Below are positions 61,434-64,000 of a stretch of 64,000 bases of DNA, one piece after another (position 1 is the stretch's first letter; each line of letters begins with the position of its first letter). The notes below the pieces were generated by a model, which was given only the letters and a program-made list of their open reading frames with translations, was not told the origin of the DNA and made no database searches. This stretch comes from Paramoeba atlantica (Eukaryota > Protista > Discosea). The position numbers and the translations under genes are program-made. The stretch is from positions 372,001 through 436,000 of the forward strand of contig CDRNVI010000083.1 in NCBI GenBank assembly GCA_977017575.1. The letters run 5' to 3'.

Positions 61434-62786
61434 GGCAGCTGCGCTGGTGTTCTAAGCGCGTTTCCTCTGTTACCGCTGACTGGCAGCTAGCGCACACAAG
61501 GGTGGCAAATTCCCTTGGCTCTTTCTCACAAACCAGACCGCTTTTCAGGCACAAATCGTGAATATAACGGACTAAGGCATTGTGCTTGGTAGTTGCGTTC
61601 ACGCCAGAGCACTTCACGCATCCCGGAATGTGATTCAATGCAGTAACCGATGTTAAAGTGCACTTGCAACCAGGACAAAGTAAATCATTTGGAAGTCGAG
61701 GGTGTTTAAGCGCAAAACGTGGCATTATCGCCAATTTGAATTTGGAACTCGGAACCAGACGCACTTTAGAGGTAATCCAGGAAAATTGCCACTTTTGAGA
61801 TGAAAGCATAATGATGGGAGCGAGGCTTTTATCTTTCAGCAACTCTTCACGGACCCCATTGTGATATTTCTCTTCTGTCACGAACTCATCATTAGGTGGA
61901 TTAATGTCGCAATTATCACTTCCAAGAGGGACCGGAGCGTTCCGTATTTGTGTAGCCCGAGCTGAAGAAGCTTTTCTGTGCTCCAGAGCTGCACTGCGGG
62001 ACGCGTCATAAGAGGCTCCTCTCAACGGTTCCATGGGAGTGATGCCTAAGCCACCTTTGCGAATTGGAAGACGGATCCATGAAATTTGAGTATCTGTCAG
62101 TTGGCCAAACCAGTTTTTGAGGACATCATCTACGCTTGCATCGAACTCCTGTGCCAAATTCAGTGTCGTTTCAGGATCGTGCACTCTAATGTGATAGCGG
62201 TGTCTGACGTTTATGCACTTCGATAGTAATAAGGTAGAAACATTGTTTATGCCCATTTTCTTGAGCCGACGAAATGCAGATTGATGTTTGCTTAATTTCC
62301 CACATAGCTGCTTGTCCACGTGCTGCGTACTACCAATAAAAGCACCAAGCACTTTGGTTGATTCTGAATCTGATTTCACTCCTGCTGAGTCAAGTCTTGC
62401 CGGGATGGGTAATTGCCGTTGTCCCCCAAACCACGCACACTTATGTAATGCCACTTGCAAATTTTGTGTCAGTAGAAGACCCCGCAAACGTTCGAAGGCT
62501 AAGAGGTCCCCATCTCTGGACGCCATGTTGATATCGTCGACAAATGCAAATATCTGCACCCCTGGAAATTCCTCTGCAAGTGTTTCTAGAATCGGTTGCA
62601 ACATGGCGCAGAAATAAAGGGTTGAAAGTGGCGATCCTTGCCGCACCCCCGCCGAGCTTTGAATGGTGCCTGCGAACTTGCCATCTGCCCCGTAAAATAG
62701 CAGTTCAGACGGTTCTGCGTATTCCGCAGTGAAAATGCGTCGGAAAGGACGGAGCGTGGACATTCCAAAAACGCATTTCGCTATCT
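61431..62786 (-). mobile_element. Family F element, 5'-truncated RT/CCHC part
   Basis: GVRQGSPLS, AFVDD, LPIRKGGLG, CPGC...HIPGC..C...HN. Confidence 0.9.
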
Positions 62787-62844
62787 CAAAAAAAACAAAG
62801 GTCTTCAAAAAAACAAAGGTCTTCAAAAAAAAAACAAAGGTCTT
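62787..62844. repeat. Three units of C-A(7-10)-CAAAGGTCTT
   Basis: Directly visible at the truncated 5' end of F. Related to the 58993-59616 unit. Confidence 0.85.
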
Positions 62845-62854
62845 AAATAAGGAA

Positions 62855-64000
62855 TTTTTTTTTTTTTTTTTTTTTTAGTCGATCAATGATTTAGTCTTTT
62901 TTTTTACGACTTTAACGTCTTGTTGTAGTATACAATGGCAGTATACAATGTTGCTGTATACTCAAAATAATAGTTTCACGTGTTTTCCGTTCCTTTATTT
63001 ATTCACATGTTACTCAAAAAAGCAAAACAGTAATAGCCGAATGCTGAAAGCAGCGAAAAAGTGACGACTCAAAGCAGCGAAACGGTGATAACCCAAAGCA
63101 GCGAAACAGTAACAACCAAGAGCTGAAAGCTGCGGAACAATAATCACCAAGCAGCAAAACAAAAATAACCAAAGGCTGAAACCTACCCAAGCAGCGAAAC
63201 AGTAATCACCAAAGGCTGAAAGCAACGAAACATTATTAATCACCAAAGGCTGAAAGCAACGAAACATTATTAACGAAATGTTAAAAGCAGCGAAAATGTA
63301 ATATTCAGAGGAGTGTTTAAAGACGGAGTCCTCCTACCCATTTCTCGGTTTCTATATATTGGCGCAATTGAGAGACGACTGCATAGGCTGAATATTTTTC
63401 CAGTTCAAGTTGAAAAGCTTCTCGTACAATCTTGTAATCAACATCAACTTTTGTCGAATGATGGGGCGTAGCGACCCCAGCTTCCCTAGCTAACTCACCC
63501 GGCGTCGCACAACAAGACGCTACATACCTAGGGTGGGTACGATCAAGGTCCCGCGGATGACACTACCCGGTGCCAACAAAACAAGGCACAAAATAACTAG
63601 GGTAACGGTCACCCAGACATCGCAGCGTGAGAATGACACCGCCCGGTACCGGATATAACAAGGTACTAAGAAACTAGGGTGGGTGTCATTCAGCATAATC
63701 TTTGGAGTGTGTTGTGTTTTTCACTTCAAAAGAAGTGTTTTTTCATAAAGAATATTTTCTTGTAGTATATAAAAGGGGATAAAAAAAAGATAAGCTGGCT
63801 GCTCGCGCTCGATCTGGTCAGATCTTCGGATTTGACTTGCGTGCTGCGTGGCACAGCTCCTAGCAAGCGATAAGGGGAGGCTTGTTCTAGGGAGGTAACA
63901 TCTCCTCGGAGATATATTGCCTAATTCATCATCATCATCATGGCAGCTGCGCTGGTGTTCTAAGCGCGTTTCCTCTGTTACCGCTGACTGGCAGCTAGCG
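62855..64000 (-). mobile_element. Near-identical second copy of the F::(CAT)n element::A'' chimera, with longer 3' UTR and poly(A)
   Basis: 62919-64000 repeats 60411-~61492 with a few SNPs/indels, including both internal junctions. T-run 62855-62876. Confidence 0.9.

Noticed and set aside
62910-62926. ctttaacgtcttgttg as an internally deleted SL
   Set aside because: It lies antisense within the A'' 3' UTR, lacks the CAGTTTCTGTAC core and is low complexity.
1-64000. Canonical (TTAGGG)n telomere, rRNA, tRNA or host enzyme genes
   Set aside because: No TTAGGG tract or recognisable structural RNA gene was seen. The short listed ORFs are antisense or off-frame to RT ORFs or lie in UTRs, and recur only because the elements are repeated.

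Overview
Eukaryotic window made almost entirely of non-LTR retrotransposon cDNA. No host housekeeping gene, rRNA, tRNA or CRISPR array was recognised. A 36-nt sequence, CTTTAACGATAAAGATACAGTTTCTGTACCTTGTTG, sits at four 5' ends. It carries the CAGTTTCTGTAC...TTG core of euglenozoan spliced leaders (SL), so the host is probably a kinetoplastid-type euglenozoan. Two element classes are present. (1) CRE/SLACS-like elements with RT plus restriction-like endonuclease (RLE), in at least a dozen distinguishable lineages that I label A, A', A'', B, C, C', F, G and D1-D5. (2) Two APE-RT-RNase H elements, APE-1 and APE-2. Exact 5-16 bp target-site duplications (TSDs) show that the elements are nested inside each other, and several single insertions are concatemers of many different RNAs. 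The most unusual signal is a set of homogeneous 17-19 bp tandem arrays of at least three related sequence types. They sit repeatedly at the point where first-strand cDNA ends, upstream of an SL or of a truncated 5' end. One 5.4 kb array lies inside a 13-bp TSD together with a full-length element. This suggests a telomerase-like or template-jumping reiterative repeat-addition activity coupled to retrotransposition. Other notable items are a complete SL-to-poly(A) retrocopy encoding a 51-aa repeat protein, and several covarying structured RNA motifs in 3' UTRs and in a (CAT)n-tailed SINE-like element. All alignments and structures were read by eye; no database searches were run.
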